A stretch of 64,000 bases of DNA, from sequence record PZ338877.1; one strand, written 5' to 3'. Position numbers and translations under genes: made by a program. Positions within the stretch are counted from its first letter, which is position 1, and every line of letters starts with the position of its first letter. Below are positions 36,589-46,501 of this stretch, one piece after another. The notes under the pieces are model-generated. The model saw nothing but the letters and a program-made list of their open reading frames with translations, had not been told where the DNA came from and did not search any database. Source of the stretch: a phage.

Positions 36589-36987
36589 ATGAAGCTTTGG
36601 GCTAGTGACTTTGGGACTTTTAAGTACACTCGTAATGGTTCACTTGTACGCATCATTGGGAGTAACGTTGTTACAGTTGGTGATAGGGTACATACAATGT
36701 TCACCGTTGAATTGGTTGAACTCTCACCTATTGAGGCTGCTAATAACGGTTTATTCAAATTTGAGACTTACCATGTAAATGAGCATGGACAATTTAATAC
36801 TCTAGGTGAAAGTGGCCTTGATATTATTTCAGAGAACCCATTGACAAGAGAGCAGCTTGCAGGTTACTATAAAACCATTCTTGAGAGAACTTTGGCAACA
36901 CATGAGAATGAAGCCAGATATCACATTGAACGGTGTGAAGTTCTAAAAGCAAAAATCGAACAAGCAGAGAGAGGTTTTTATGAATAA
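36589..36987 (+). CDS. hypothetical protein
   Basis: 132 aa; AAGGAGA RBS. Confidence 0.5.
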   Translation: MKLWASDFGTFKYTRNGSLVRIIGSNVVTVGDRVHTMFTVELVELSPIEAANNGLFKFETYHVNEHGQFNTLGESGLDIISENPLTREQLAGYYKTILERTLATHENEARYHIERCEVLKAKIEQAERGFYE

Positions 36988-37387
36988 AGATGTTAGAGAT
37001 ATTAAAGTAAAGGTTGACACATTTGGTCATGATGGTCGAGAAGACATTGGTTTTGCCGACGCAGTAATATTCAAGTGCAATGGAGATTTATGCCTTTGTT
37101 TTACAGGGTCTGGAAGCACCCTTCATCGAGTGCGAGATGATGAAGATGGTTGCCCTGTATTTGGTTGGTTTGACAGGGAGTTCCCTCTTTACGCAATCCA
37201 CTACCCAGATGGTAGTGAAGACTGGACGACTCAATCAATCTTTGATGAGCTTAACGGTGTTCCAGTTGAGCAAGAAGAAGAAGAAGAGCAAGAACCTGTT
37301 GAACTCACCTTCACTTTTATCAAAGAAGAGACTGTTGGGGACTTATCAGTAACTGAAGCAATCCAAGTTACACAGGTTATTCGTTAA
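36980..37387 (+). CDS. hypothetical acidic protein
   Basis: 135 aa; Glu-rich stretch EQEEEEEQE. Confidence 0.5.
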   Translation: MNKDVRDIKVKVDTFGHDGREDIGFADAVIFKCNGDLCLCFTGSGSTLHRVRDDEDGCPVFGWFDREFPLYAIHYPDGSEDWTTQSIFDELNGVPVEQEEEEEQEPVELTFTFIKEETVGDLSVTEAIQVTQVIR

Positions 37388-37680
37388 TGAGTAAAGTACA
37401 GGTTATTTTCCCTATTTGTGACTTCTCACTAGAGCGTGAACTTGACCTGTACGAAGAAATTACTGACGAAATCATCTGGTCTGTTGTAGAAGAGGCTATC
37501 AAGAAACTGTATGGTGGCCTCTTAAATCCATCAAGTAAAAAGCTCAACACTAAACAAGTAGCTGATACGTACACTTCATACGATGCCTACAACAAACCTT
37601 TTGAGAATACCTGCTTTGACCTTATGGTAGGTAATAATAAAGTCAACTATTTCTTCGTCAGAGAGTTTAACGATGAGTAA
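37387..37680 (+). CDS. hypothetical protein
   Basis: 97 aa; start abuts previous stop. Confidence 0.5.
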   Translation: MSKVQVIFPICDFSLERELDLYEEITDEIIWSVVEEAIKKLYGGLLNPSSKKLNTKQVADTYTSYDAYNKPFENTCFDLMVGNNKVNYFFVREFNDE

Positions 37681-38017
37681 GCTCCACGTAACGGTCTATA
37701 AAAACTTCTCAGATATCAAAGAGTCTTTAACCAATAAGCTTGACATGCAACGGAAAAGACTCTTTTTGATGTATGACATTGACAACTACAACCATCCTAA
37801 AGAGTTTAACTACAAAGATGGTACAAAGGTTGTTGAATTTGAAGATTCTGTAACGGTGTATGTCAAACACGACTTACCAGCAAAGTATATAGGGATGTTA
37901 GAGTACTACATATTCAAACATACAGGTATGCGTGGTGAATCTGTCAAGATATCTTCTATAGAAGTTTTTGAGAAACCTAACACACAACTTAAAAAGTATT
38001 TAATGAGGAAACTGTAA
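37673..38017 (+). CDS. hypothetical protein
   Basis: 114 aa; 8-nt overlap with previous gene. Confidence 0.5.
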   Translation: MSKLHVTVYKNFSDIKESLTNKLDMQRKRLFLMYDIDNYNHPKEFNYKDGTKVVEFEDSVTVYVKHDLPAKYIGMLEYYIFKHTGMRGESVKISSIEVFEKPNTQLKKYLMRKL

Positions 38018-38598
38018 TGTCCGAAGAGCAACAGGATATTATCCCACAAGTAACATTAGTCCAACATTTTGGAAACATTGAAGGGTGTGTTGCACTTTTT
38101 CAACCAAGTATCAATTCCCCTGCAAAAGTTTGCAAGTTGACTATGAATGTTAATAACATTAGTGTCTGCCTTGTTGATGAAGTCCAGTACTTCAAGTTTA
38201 ATGACAGAGAAGTTGATGCTGCACTTTTGAAGTATCGAGCTAGTCTCGAAAAAGATATTGACCATAAAGAACTTGTAACACTGTTTGGTGACCTTCACAA
38301 GCTTCTTGAAAAGGTTATGAAGCGTACATACTACATGAATAATGGTTCAATTATCACCACCCTAATTTCACCGTGTATCTCAGAGCCAATTCTGACCGAT
38401 GATGGCGGGTACTATGTTGTAGCATCAGCAGATTCTGACTGGTGGATGAAAAATACAGCACTGAAGACAGTGATTGAAGCCATTCGTGAGCATATCCCTT
38501 CATTCAGCCCGTGGAAAGGGAAAGGTGATGAATTTATCGCACTATTGAGTGAAGAGAGCAACAAGCGCAGCGCATTACTGCCTAAAAAATACTCTTGA
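38017..38598 (+). CDS. hypothetical protein
   Basis: 193 aa; start abuts previous stop. Confidence 0.5.
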   Translation: MSEEQQDIIPQVTLVQHFGNIEGCVALFQPSINSPAKVCKLTMNVNNISVCLVDEVQYFKFNDREVDAALLKYRASLEKDIDHKELVTLFGDLHKLLEKVMKRTYYMNNGSIITTLISPCISEPILTDDGGYYVVASADSDWWMKNTALKTVIEAIREHIPSFSPWKGKGDEFIALLSEESNKRSALLPKKYS

Positions 38599-38670
38599 CC
38601 AAGTATACAATATTAACTATGATGGGAGCTATCGAGAGGTAGTTCCCTTTTTAGTTTCTGGAGAATAGAT

Positions 38671-39216
38671 ATGCCTAAAGTGAAAGAACACGATAAAATT
38701 ATTTTGTATGTTAAACAGAACCCTTCAAAGAGTGTGGAGGCTGTTGTAACACATATCTCGCATACTGGCACAGTTTATTTTCGACCACTGAAGAACTTAG
38801 ACTTTGACATAACACCAAACCACACATTTAGTACCTCCGCAAGACTGTGTGCAGGAACTGTATACTCAACTGCTGAGATTGAGTCTTTAGCTTTCACAGG
38901 TGCTTACAAGAACTTTATAGGGATTGCTTTAAAGGACTCTGAGGAATCTTTTAAATTTTTCATGGATGCTGCCAATGGTGGTCGTAGATATACCATGCCA
39001 GTCTTTAAGAAAGTTGATACAGAGATTGTCAACAAGTGCGAAGAAATTAGCAGTGACCTGAAGGAACTTAAGGCATCTGTGCAGAATGCAATTTACATTA
39101 TTGAAAAGAATCACTTAGAAGTTCTTTTCAGAGATATGCTGAAAGCAGGGTTTACTCCAGACGAAATTACAAGAGAAACTCAACGTCAGTTCAGAAATGC
39201 TATGGTGAAAGAATGA
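38671..39216 (+). CDS. hypothetical protein
   Basis: 181 aa. Confidence 0.5.
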   Translation: MPKVKEHDKIILYVKQNPSKSVEAVVTHISHTGTVYFRPLKNLDFDITPNHTFSTSARLCAGTVYSTAEIESLAFTGAYKNFIGIALKDSEESFKFFMDAANGGRRYTMPVFKKVDTEIVNKCEEISSDLKELKASVQNAIYIIEKNHLEVLFRDMLKAGFTPDEITRETQRQFRNAMVKE

Positions 39217-39431
39217 AAAAGCTAACTACAGTTGAAGATTACTACAGGCTGTCTCTATTAGAACAATACCGTAGAAGTCAGAATATCAGAAAATGCTATG
39301 GTAAACACGCTGAAGGTGACTTTTACCGTTGCTACGATGCAGATTTAAAAGGTGTAACACCTAGAGGGAAAGTCCTGCAAAGACTTGTTGACCTTGAGTG
39401 GAACAAACGATTGAGAGAGGTTGGAAAATGA
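39213..39431 (+). CDS. hypothetical protein
   Basis: 72 aa; ATGA overlap with neighbours. Confidence 0.45.
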   Translation: MKKLTTVEDYYRLSLLEQYRRSQNIRKCYGKHAEGDFYRCYDADLKGVTPRGKVLQRLVDLEWNKRLREVGK

Positions 39432-39931
39432 TTTACGAAGAAAGATACAAGATAGATTATCAGGATACTCGTCATCATACTTCTTTGAGAGTAACCAAAC
39501 CAAATGGAGATACCGGTATCATAGCACATTTTGGTGGTGATTATTGGTACGGTACAGGTTGCTTTGAAGGCTACAATAAAGAATACTTGAAAGCTTTCTA
39601 CAGAGACTTTACAAATGACTACAACAGGGTTGTTGATGAAAAGAATAAGTGCATTAAGCATGAACACCATGCCAGAGGTTGTTTAAGTACGGTAATGGTA
39701 CTGGCATTTTTCCTAGCAACATTACTGGCAGTGTTAGCAATCAGTTCCATAGCTCAAGACTTAACCATTGCACAGATTACTGCAAAGGTATATGATGTTT
39801 GGTACTTGTATGCTGTCCCTTTAGTTGGTATCATCATCGCACTAATGAGATTCAGAGTTCATAAGAAACGTCTTAAGGATTCTGAGGTTAAACTTGAAGA
39901 GGTAAGTAAAGAATGCAACCTACAATTATAG
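39428..39931 (+). CDS. membrane protein
   Basis: Track ORF trimmed to Met11 (ATGA overlap with previous stop); two C-terminal hydrophobic helices. Confidence 0.5.
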   Translation: MIYEERYKIDYQDTRHHTSLRVTKPNGDTGIIAHFGGDYWYGTGCFEGYNKEYLKAFYRDFTNDYNRVVDEKNKCIKHEHHARGCLSTVMVLAFFLATLLAVLAISSIAQDLTIAQITAKVYDVWYLYAVPLVGIIIALMRFRVHKKRLKDSEVKLEEVSKECNLQL

Positions 39932-40007
39932 CTGTATGTGTTCGTTTTGCAATCGCTGAAATGATTAACAAGGCAATCTTAAAAGATGCCTATGGAGAAA
40001 CTAAGTA

Positions 40008-40232
40008 ATGATTAAGACACCTGTACCAATTTTTGGATTTCCTTCTATTGAAGAGTTCAAAGTTTATCTTGACAAAAACTTTTACAATGAGCAGCCTGTT
40101 ACTCTACTGAAGAGTGACTTATCAGAGCTTCTTGATATGGTTATCAAGGCAACTTCTGAGAAGGAACCTGAACAGAAAGCTGAGAAGAAGACTAGTAAGA
40201 AATCTGAAAAGAAGACTGAAAAGTCTGAGTAG
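40008..40232 (+). CDS. hypothetical protein with Lys/Glu-rich tail
   Basis: 74 aa. Confidence 0.45.
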   Translation: MIKTPVPIFGFPSIEEFKVYLDKNFYNEQPVTLLKSDLSELLDMVIKATSEKEPEQKAEKKTSKKSEKKTEKSE

Positions 40233-40285
40233 TAGCTTGAGGGGTTACTTGATAGCCCCTTTGTAGAAACTTAGAAGGTAGCGAA

Positions 40286-40750
40286 ATGAAGATTAAAGAA
40301 GTTGTTCAAAAAGCAATGCTTGACAACTCAACTAAAGATGAAATGTACAAAGAGATTTGTGACAAGTTGAATTGTTCAAGACATGCTGCTAAGGCTCTTG
40401 TACATTGCTTTATCTGGGAATGCTCAGAAGCTTATATGCAATATGTAGCTTTTGAAAGTTCTCACTTACTAGGTGATGTAGAAGTTGGTGAGAAACTAAA
40501 AGAACCTGAGATGAAAACAGTCCCTAAAGTTGGTAACGTATACCCTCTTAAAGACTTCAAGACTGGAAAGATTGTTGCAAAAGGTGTAGTAGAGCATGTT
40601 TATGATGATGGCGAATACTTACTTAAAGTATTTGAGTGTGGTAGCCACTATACACACTTATGTGGGCTTACATTCTTTGTAACAAAAGAAGACCTCATTA
40701 AAAACAAAGACAACAAGTTTGCAGCCCCAGATTACCAAGTTTTACGATAA
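40286..40750 (+). CDS. hypothetical protein
   Basis: 154 aa. Confidence 0.5.
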   Translation: MKIKEVVQKAMLDNSTKDEMYKEICDKLNCSRHAAKALVHCFIWECSEAYMQYVAFESSHLLGDVEVGEKLKEPEMKTVPKVGNVYPLKDFKTGKIVAKGVVEHVYDDGEYLLKVFECGSHYTHLCGLTFFVTKEDLIKNKDNKFAAPDYQVLR

Positions 40751-40763
40751 TGGTGTGATAGCT

Positions 40764-41312
40764 ATGAAAAAAGATAACTTAAAAGAAGTTGAAGGCAACT
40801 ACCTAGTCCTTGACTGGAATGATATTCGGGAAGCACTCTCCGAAGAAAACCTTGACATACTAAAGCAACTTATCTTCTCAGTACGTCATACCAGAGGTAT
40901 TGTAAACGGTAAAGAGCCATTAGAAGGAATCTTTGTAGAGAAGTCTTATCCGTTCTATGAAGACACTTTGCAGAAAGTTAAAATGTACTTTAGACAGAAG
41001 AACCGTAAAGTGGTCACTATGGTATCTCTGGGTGGTCAGAGTATGTCTGTGATGGAAGATATTAACCCTAAGAGACCAAGTAAAGGTGTTTGTATAAAAA
41101 TCACAGGTCATGAAGAGTACATTTCAGTGGATGACTTTAGTGCATTCTGTAATGGTTCTGCTGTCTTTAATGGGTTTCACTATGATATCCGAGTGTACCC
41201 AATCAAGGGAGATGATATCATGATGCAGGTATTTGATAACAACAATGGATTTACTCATTTTTATCAGACAACCAAGTCATCACTGAAGACAGTTCTGGAA
41301 ACACTGATTTAA
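40764..41312 (+). CDS. hypothetical protein
   Basis: Track ORF trimmed to Met16, which starts after the upstream gene's stop; 182 aa. Confidence 0.45.
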   Translation: MKKDNLKEVEGNYLVLDWNDIREALSEENLDILKQLIFSVRHTRGIVNGKEPLEGIFVEKSYPFYEDTLQKVKMYFRQKNRKVVTMVSLGGQSMSVMEDINPKRPSKGVCIKITGHEEYISVDDFSAFCNGSAVFNGFHYDIRVYPIKGDDIMMQVFDNNNGFTHFYQTTKSSLKTVLETLI

Positions 41313-41323
41313 AATATCTTAAG

Positions 41324-41348
41324 AGCCTCCTTAATTGGGGGCTTTTTA
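41324..41348 (+). terminator. intrinsic terminator ending plus-strand block
   Basis: AGCCTCC-TTAATT-GGGGGCT hairpin followed by TTTTT. Confidence 0.6.
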
Positions 41349-41352
41349 ATTT

Positions 41353-42947
41353 TTATAAAATTTCATCGGTTGTCCCAACCTCTGGGTCACCATCATATGT
41401 GAATAAAATATCTACCCTTCTTAACAACCTTCTTAAGCTTACTCTCTATATATAGTTATATAGTACTATATAGTATCTTAGTATCTATCTAGTGGTCTTA
41501 ATAGCCCCTCTGTATAGCCCTTCTAAACACTCTTCTAACAAGCCTTCTTAACAACCTATACAATCACCTTAACCATCTCTCTACACACTCTTAGAAGCCC
41601 CTATACACCTCTTAATCTCTATGTCAGCTATGTTACTCTCTATAGGTGTTCACTAGGTATTACTAAGCCTCTATATAGACTGTTTTAACAAACTTAACAG
41701 GAATATCTTTACAGACCTTATCTCACAAGGTCTAACACGGTACTAACAAGGTATCTTATAAGCCTGTTTATGCCTGTATTTTTAGAAGACTGTCTAGGTA
41801 ATTATTCAGAATTTTAAAATTTTTATAAAATAGGGCTATCAAGTCATTTTTTAGGGTCTTTGAAGGAACTCAAAAATATCTGTCTGGGATGTATATCTGC
41901 TTGGTAGCCCTTAACATCCCTGTAACATCCCCTTTGCAGAATTTTAAAATATCATTAACAATCTCTTAACAGTTATCACATCTTCTTAACATCTCTTCAG
42001 AGGTCTTAACAGTTTCTTAACAGTTTTAACAAGGGTTTAACAGTTTTCTAACAAGTGCTGAATAGTCTTTACAGATGCTTAACAGATGACTAACAAGAGC
42101 TAACAAGTTAATTTTTAAGAGTTATTTTGTTAAGATAATTAACAAGTTTCTAACAAGTGTTTAATCTTTTTAACAAGCTATTAACATGGTCACTATCTCT
42201 TTCTTATCGTTCCCTTTCCCTCTTAGTGATTCTTTAAATAGCCCTCTTAAAAGCTCTCTATAGCTCCTTGTAAGCTCTTTTAAGTCTCTTCCTAGTAATT
42301 ACACCCCAACTATGTAGAAAGCTCTTTATAGGGCTTTACAGGGGCTTTAAAGGCTATGTCAAAGACTCTTACAAGGATTTTACATGGTTTTAACAGAGAT
42401 TTAACAAGGGGCTAACAAGTTGCTAACAAGTGCCTTAAAAGCATAACTATGTAGGATTTGTTAAGAAATTGTTAAGAAAATGTTAAGGGGGCTAGCATTT
42501 ACGTAACTTTTAAGCAACTTTGAAGTAACTTTATAGCCCCTATAACATACTTTTAAGACACTAACAAGCCCTTTTTAGTAGTTCACAAGATAGCTAACGA
42601 GATGATAAAGCTTACACCCTTATAAGATTCTTTTAAGGCTCTGGGAAGCTTTATAAAGGGCTTTTAAGGGTGAGGTAATGCAATCCCTTAAGTTAGGTTG
42701 ATAAGGCTGTTATAGGGCTTTATAGAGCGTTTAAATGGTTGCCCTTCCCTTTCGGGTTATGGGCTTATATTTAAGTTGATTTGATAAAAGGCTATAGAGT
42801 AAGCTATAGAGTTATTGCTTTTTAAGGTCTGATAAGATTCTGGAAAGGGAAAGGGAAAGGATTGTATAAGGATTGTATAAGACGTAAAAAAGCCCCATAT
42901 AAAGGGGCTGTAAAGGTATCTGGGGCTAAATAGCCCCGTTGCGGCGT
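41353..42947. repeat. 1.6-kb ORF-free region dense in short direct repeats (candidate origin or regulatory hub)
   Basis: No ORF of 60 aa or more on either strand; about 25 copies of TTAACA(A/G)(G/T)-type octamers, tandem GAAAGGG x3, AGGATTGTATA x2, several GGGGCT/AGCCCC hairpins; lies between convergent transcription units. Confidence 0.5.
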
Positions 42948-43196
42948 TTAGTTAGTACCTTCTTTGTCGTAGTACAGAGAGACAATTTTTTCACCCCAAT
43001 GGTGATATGAATAGCCCTCTTTGAGAACTTCCTGTTTTGTTTCTTTCCAGAACTCATCTGAAGGATTATAGTCGCTGATGGTCTGACTGATAAGACCTTT
43101 CACCATTTCAAAGGCGTTGTCAGTGCCTACAAGGTCAAATTTAACATCCAGAGAGTAGAAGCCAAATTCGTTAACAGTAGCGCGGATAGTTGCCAT
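42948..43196 (-). CDS. hypothetical small protein
   Basis: Track ORF trimmed by 15 codons: its N-terminal MTSLLNKVLKLGDSK is in-frame translation of the conserved upstream cassette; Met16 follows the CTAGGAGA RBS. Confidence 0.5.
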   Translation of the reverse strand: MATIRATVNEFGFYSLDVKFDLVGTDNAFEMVKGLISQTISDYNPSDEFWKETKQEVLKEGYSYHHWGEKIVSLYYDKEGTN

Positions 43197-43264
43197 TTTA
43201 GAGTCTCCTAGTTTAAGGACTTTATTTAGTAGGGAGGTCATCCCTCCCGTTGATTAGTAATTTA
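43197..43264 (-). promoter_or_regulatory. type-A intergenic cassette (stop codon, GGGAGG hairpin, RBS)
   Basis: On minus strand: TAA-ATTACTAATCAAC-GGGAGGGATAACCTCCC-...CTAGGAGA-spacer-ATG. Confidence 0.5.
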
Positions 43265-43525
43265 CTGCATGTTGGCGTATGTTGCAAGCCTTTTTTCGTT
43301 GTATTTTGTAAGAATCTCACAAGATAAAACATCGTAATTTGTAACCGCGTTGCCTTTGTCGAGGTCAAAGAATCCAAATGTTTTACCATCTTTGAATCCG
43401 ACAACTTCGTAAGACTCTTTGATGATTTCACCATTGAACAAATCACTTTCAATGCGGTGAATTAATGCTACGTTTTCTTTGTTGGTTGCAATTTGTAAAA
43501 GTGTGGTTAATTCTACGTTTTCCAT
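43262..43525 (-). CDS. hypothetical small protein
   Basis: 87 aa; starts at cassette ATG, stops in next cassette TAA. Confidence 0.5.
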   Translation of the reverse strand: MENVELTTLLQIATNKENVALIHRIESDLFNGEIIKESYEVVGFKDGKTFGFFDLDKGNAVTNYDVLSCEILTKYNEKRLATYANMQ

Positions 43526-43593
43526 CTTGATAACTCCTAGTTTAAGGACTTTACTTAGTGGGGAGGTTATCCCTCCCGTTGATTAGTAATTTA
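43526..43593 (-). promoter_or_regulatory. type-A intergenic cassette
   Basis: Near-identical copy with GGGAGG-GATAA-CCTCCC hairpin. Confidence 0.5.
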
Positions 43594-44121
43594 CAGATTT
43601 TTGATTGTCTCGTCAATATCTTTTTCAATATCTTTTAAAGTTTTTTCTAAGTTCTTGATGTTAAACGTTAAACCTTCACCGAGAGTTTTAGCGTAACCAT
43701 CGGGGCGATGGTCATAAAGCTCGATTTCTTCCACTTCGAAGAGACTCACCGCCTCACCCTTTACAGCGTAGGCCATTGATACAGTATTTTCAGGTGCTTT
43801 GTAAAACTTGTTTAAGGACTTGATAGAACGCTCATAAGCCATTTTATAACCGTTTAAAAGGCTTTTAACATGGTTATGAATGTGCTTACACTCATCTAAG
43901 TAAAGCCCTAAAAACATCGGGAGAAGTTCCGCAACGGCTTGCATAAAGTGAGAGACTACAACGGTTGCAACATTACGACGATGAATGTAATAAGCCCCGT
44001 TTTCTGATTTAGTGATGGTTGCAAAGTGTACACCATTGCAACGAAATTCATAGGTGTCTTTAACAGGCTTTGACATTACATGGATTGAGCGAATGTAGTT
44101 GATAGCTTGAAATTTGTTCAT
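43591..44121 (-). CDS. hypothetical protein
   Basis: 176 aa; cassette-borne RBS and ATG. Confidence 0.55.
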   Translation of the reverse strand: MNKFQAINYIRSIHVMSKPVKDTYEFRCNGVHFATITKSENGAYYIHRRNVATVVVSHFMQAVAELLPMFLGLYLDECKHIHNHVKSLLNGYKMAYERSIKSLNKFYKAPENTVSMAYAVKGEAVSLFEVEEIELYDHRPDGYAKTLGEGLTFNIKNLEKTLKDIEKDIDETIKNL

Positions 44122-44190
44122 TTTTGAATCTCCTAGTTTAAGGACTTTACTTAGTGGGGAGGTTATCCCTCCCGTTGATTAGTAATTTAC
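44122..44190 (-). promoter_or_regulatory. type-A intergenic cassette
   Basis: Same 65-70-bp conserved leader. Confidence 0.5.
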
Positions 44191-44342
44191 TTGTTTTGAT
44201 AGCTGATTGCAAGCAATTTTTTTAAGTTTATCTATAAAGAATCTTTTAAGTTAATCCCTTTTAGATAAACCCCCTCGAACAAAGTTACCAATGTCAAGAG
44301 GGATTGTCAACACTTTTTTAAAAGTTTTTTGTAAGTTCTTGA

Positions 44343-44684
44343 TTAACTGATGAATATTTTTTCAGGTTTTACATAGCTGATACGCTGATTTTTTAGCAAG
44401 TCATCCCAGATTAGTGCGGCAATATGAGAGTAACCGGATTCACGTAAGAGCCTCATTGCTTTACTTCTCGTTTCGAATCTGGTTGCATAGTACTCACTAT
44501 TCAAAACAGTTTTATTCCCTTCGTTGTCTGTATGAATAACCTGCATTACTTGAAAGGGGCTTGTTTCCTCACCTTTGTTCCATTGCTCAAAGTATTTTAG
44601 GCACTGCATAGGTGACATCTTGTCACTTACTTGAGTTGACCAAGATGAATCTCCTTTATTGGTAATTACGGTTACATAAGCCAT
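44343..44684 (-). CDS. hypothetical protein
   Basis: Track ORF trimmed to Met16 for the same reason as 42948-43196. Confidence 0.5.
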   Translation of the reverse strand: MAYVTVITNKGDSSWSTQVSDKMSPMQCLKYFEQWNKGEETSPFQVMQVIHTDNEGNKTVLNSEYYATRFETRSKAMRLLRESGYSHIAALIWDDLLKNQRISYVKPEKIFIS

Positions 44685-44757
44685 TTTTGAATCTCCTAGT
44701 TTAAGGACTTTGTTTAGTTGGGAGGTCATCCCTCCCGTTGATTGACAATTTACAGAC
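44685..44757 (-). promoter_or_regulatory. type-A intergenic cassette (variant)
   Basis: Variant with GATTGACAATTTAC end and GGGAGG hairpin. Confidence 0.45.
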
Positions 44758-44772
44758 TTTTATCAGGCTTGT

Positions 44773-45006
44773 CTAGTCTTTTTCAATGATAATTTCATAT
44801 TGACCATCAACGCTGTCAAAATAAACGCCGTCGCTGTCTTCTGTCTTAAAATAACACTGAATGTCATCACTGGCGGGGTAGTCTTGTCTTGCTATCTGAC
44901 AGACCTGAACGGCATTTTCTTTACTTCCTGTAAACTCCTCAAGCCCTTTAAAATCACATGAATGACCGTTACAAATAGAAAGGATGAGATAAACAGTTGT
45001 AAGCAT
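44773..45006 (-). CDS. small secreted protein or lipoprotein candidate
   Basis: 77 aa; hydrophobic N-terminus ending ...LSIC (lipobox-like); preceded by GC hairpin and AAGAGG RBS rather than a cassette. Confidence 0.4.
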   Translation of the reverse strand: MLTTVYLILSICNGHSCDFKGLEEFTGSKENAVQVCQIARQDYPASDDIQCYFKTEDSDGVYFDSVDGQYEIIIEKD

Positions 45007-45072
45007 GATTTAAGCCTCTTAAAAGCCCCTTACAGGGGCTGAATAGTGTTTATAAGGTGATTGTATAGGTTT

Positions 45073-45615
45073 TCAGAAAAAGCTCTTTAAATCTCTTTCT
45101 ATGATGTTTCCCGTCAGTGTGTCCATGATGTCACAAAAAACTTGAATACTGTCGGACTGTTGAACGCTTTTAGCGAGAAGTTCCAGAGACTCGTCAATAT
45201 AGCTTAAATTCGGGTTATCCAGTGAAGGCAGACAAAATGGTGAAAACATAGCATTAAATTCAGTGGTGTAAACCTTTTTAATCCAGTTTAAATCGAAATA
45301 TTCTGTAAAACTTGCCACGCCAGACATATTATCACAAGAATAATCATCGTTTAACTCATCTTCTGGAATATCAAGTTCTAAGATAACAATATTTTGGGTT
45401 TTCATCTGGAAAGCTGCGGTGATAGCGGCATTGCCCAGAGCTTGCTGGATACCTTCAGAGATTATCTCTTCCTCATCGTCGCCATAGATTTTATTTTCTG
45501 GATAAACGTAAAAATTCCCATCCATATCCGAACAATTCCATGCACCTGATGGCTTATCACCGTTATTAATCAGGTTGATAAAATTTTCTTGAGTAGTACC
45601 GTGAAAGCATTTCAT
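45073..45615 (-). CDS. hypothetical acidic protein
   Basis: 180 aa; type-B cassette upstream. Confidence 0.5.
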   Translation of the reverse strand: MKCFHGTTQENFINLINNGDKPSGAWNCSDMDGNFYVYPENKIYGDDEEEIISEGIQQALGNAAITAAFQMKTQNIVILELDIPEDELNDDYSCDNMSGVASFTEYFDLNWIKKVYTTEFNAMFSPFCLPSLDNPNLSYIDESLELLAKSVQQSDSIQVFCDIMDTLTGNIIERDLKSFF

Positions 45616-45705
45616 TTTTGAATCTCCTAGTTTAAGGATTTAGCGGTAAAGCTCTTTATCTGGGGCTTACTTTATCGAACTATAAGCCCCTTGTAAAGTA
45701 CTTTA
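45616..45705 (-). promoter_or_regulatory. type-B intergenic cassette (GGGGCTTA...TAAGCCCC hairpin, RBS)
   Basis: Minus strand: TTTACAA-GGGGCTTA-13nt-TAAGCCCC-AGATAAAGAGCTTTACCGCTAAATCCTTAAACTAGGAGATTCAAAA-ATG. Confidence 0.5.
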
Positions 45706-45906
45706 TCCGTTATTTTTTACAACTTTTAAAACTGCACGATAGCCCAAGCAATAAGAATCACCGAAGAGAGACCGACCCATGAAAGAATCCTCTTTGATAT
45801 CTTTCGCCGTGACGGTTTTTTCTACGCCGTGAAAAAGGACTATATCGCCAACTTTAATGTCTTTGATGTGAGTAGTTTCAATGTTTAAGCCGTTAATAAT
45901 AGCCAT
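45703..45906 (-). CDS. hypothetical small protein
   Basis: 67 aa; type-A-like cassette upstream. Confidence 0.45.
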   Translation of the reverse strand: MAIINGLNIETTHIKDIKVGDIVLFHGVEKTVTAKDIKEDSFMGRSLFGDSYCLGYRAVLKVVKNNG

Positions 45907-45975
45907 TTTTTGAATCTCCTAGTTTAAGGACTTTATTTAGTGGGGAAGGTCATTCCCGCCCCGTTGATGTGTAAT
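45907..45975 (-). promoter_or_regulatory. type-A intergenic cassette (degenerate hairpin)
   Basis: Conserved flanks but altered GGGGAAGG...CCCGCCCC stem. Confidence 0.4.
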
Positions 45976-46010
45976 TTAATCTATCTGAAAACCAGTGTCA
46001 ACAAAAATTT

Positions 46011-46415
46011 TTATAGTTCTGCATAAATTGCATCGCAGATACCACGAAAATCATGATTTGTCAAATTACGTTGTAACCAAGTGGCGAAAAAGTCAGCGAT
46101 TGCAAAGTTAGCGTCATACTCGACAGATAGCCACACTTTAACAGCAAACCGAAACATTTTCAAATCAAGCTCTTTATTCATTACCTTAGATTTGCCTAAC
46201 ATGTCGGTCATTTCATATTGTGCACCGTCTAGCGTGATACCTGCTGCAACGTCAGCCAATGAGTTTTTTACGTTTTCAACGTCTAAGATAACGCTTTGAA
46301 TCTTCCCAATAATGTTGTGCAATGTTTCGTCCGGTGCTGATGACGTAATAACATTAATCCGGTTAACGGTCAAACGTGCTTTTAAGATTGATAACTCGCG
46401 ATTATTAATAGCCAT
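46011..46415 (-). CDS. hypothetical protein
   Basis: Track ORF trimmed to Met6; the MENLK prefix is in-frame translation of the type-B cassette. Confidence 0.5.
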   Translation of the reverse strand: MAINNRELSILKARLTVNRINVITSSAPDETLHNIIGKIQSVILDVENVKNSLADVAAGITLDGAQYEMTDMLGKSKVMNKELDLKMFRFAVKVWLSVEYDANFAIADFFATWLQRNLTNHDFRGICDAIYAEL

Positions 46416-46501
46416 TTTTAAGTTCTCCAATTTAGGATTTAGCGGTAAAGCTCTTTATCTGGGGCTTACTTTATCGAACTATAAGCCCCTTGTAAAGTAC
46501 T
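46416..46501 (-). promoter_or_regulatory. type-B intergenic cassette
   Basis: Near-identical to copy at 48443-48531. Confidence 0.5.

Noticed and set aside
41353-42947. Possible CRISPR array
   Set aside because: The repeated units are only 7-11 bp with irregular spacing, not 25-40-bp repeats with unique spacers
43222-43452. 76-aa ORF in the hyperplastic block
   Set aside because: Alternative-frame overlap with 43262-43525, which has the cassette-supplied RBS and ATG
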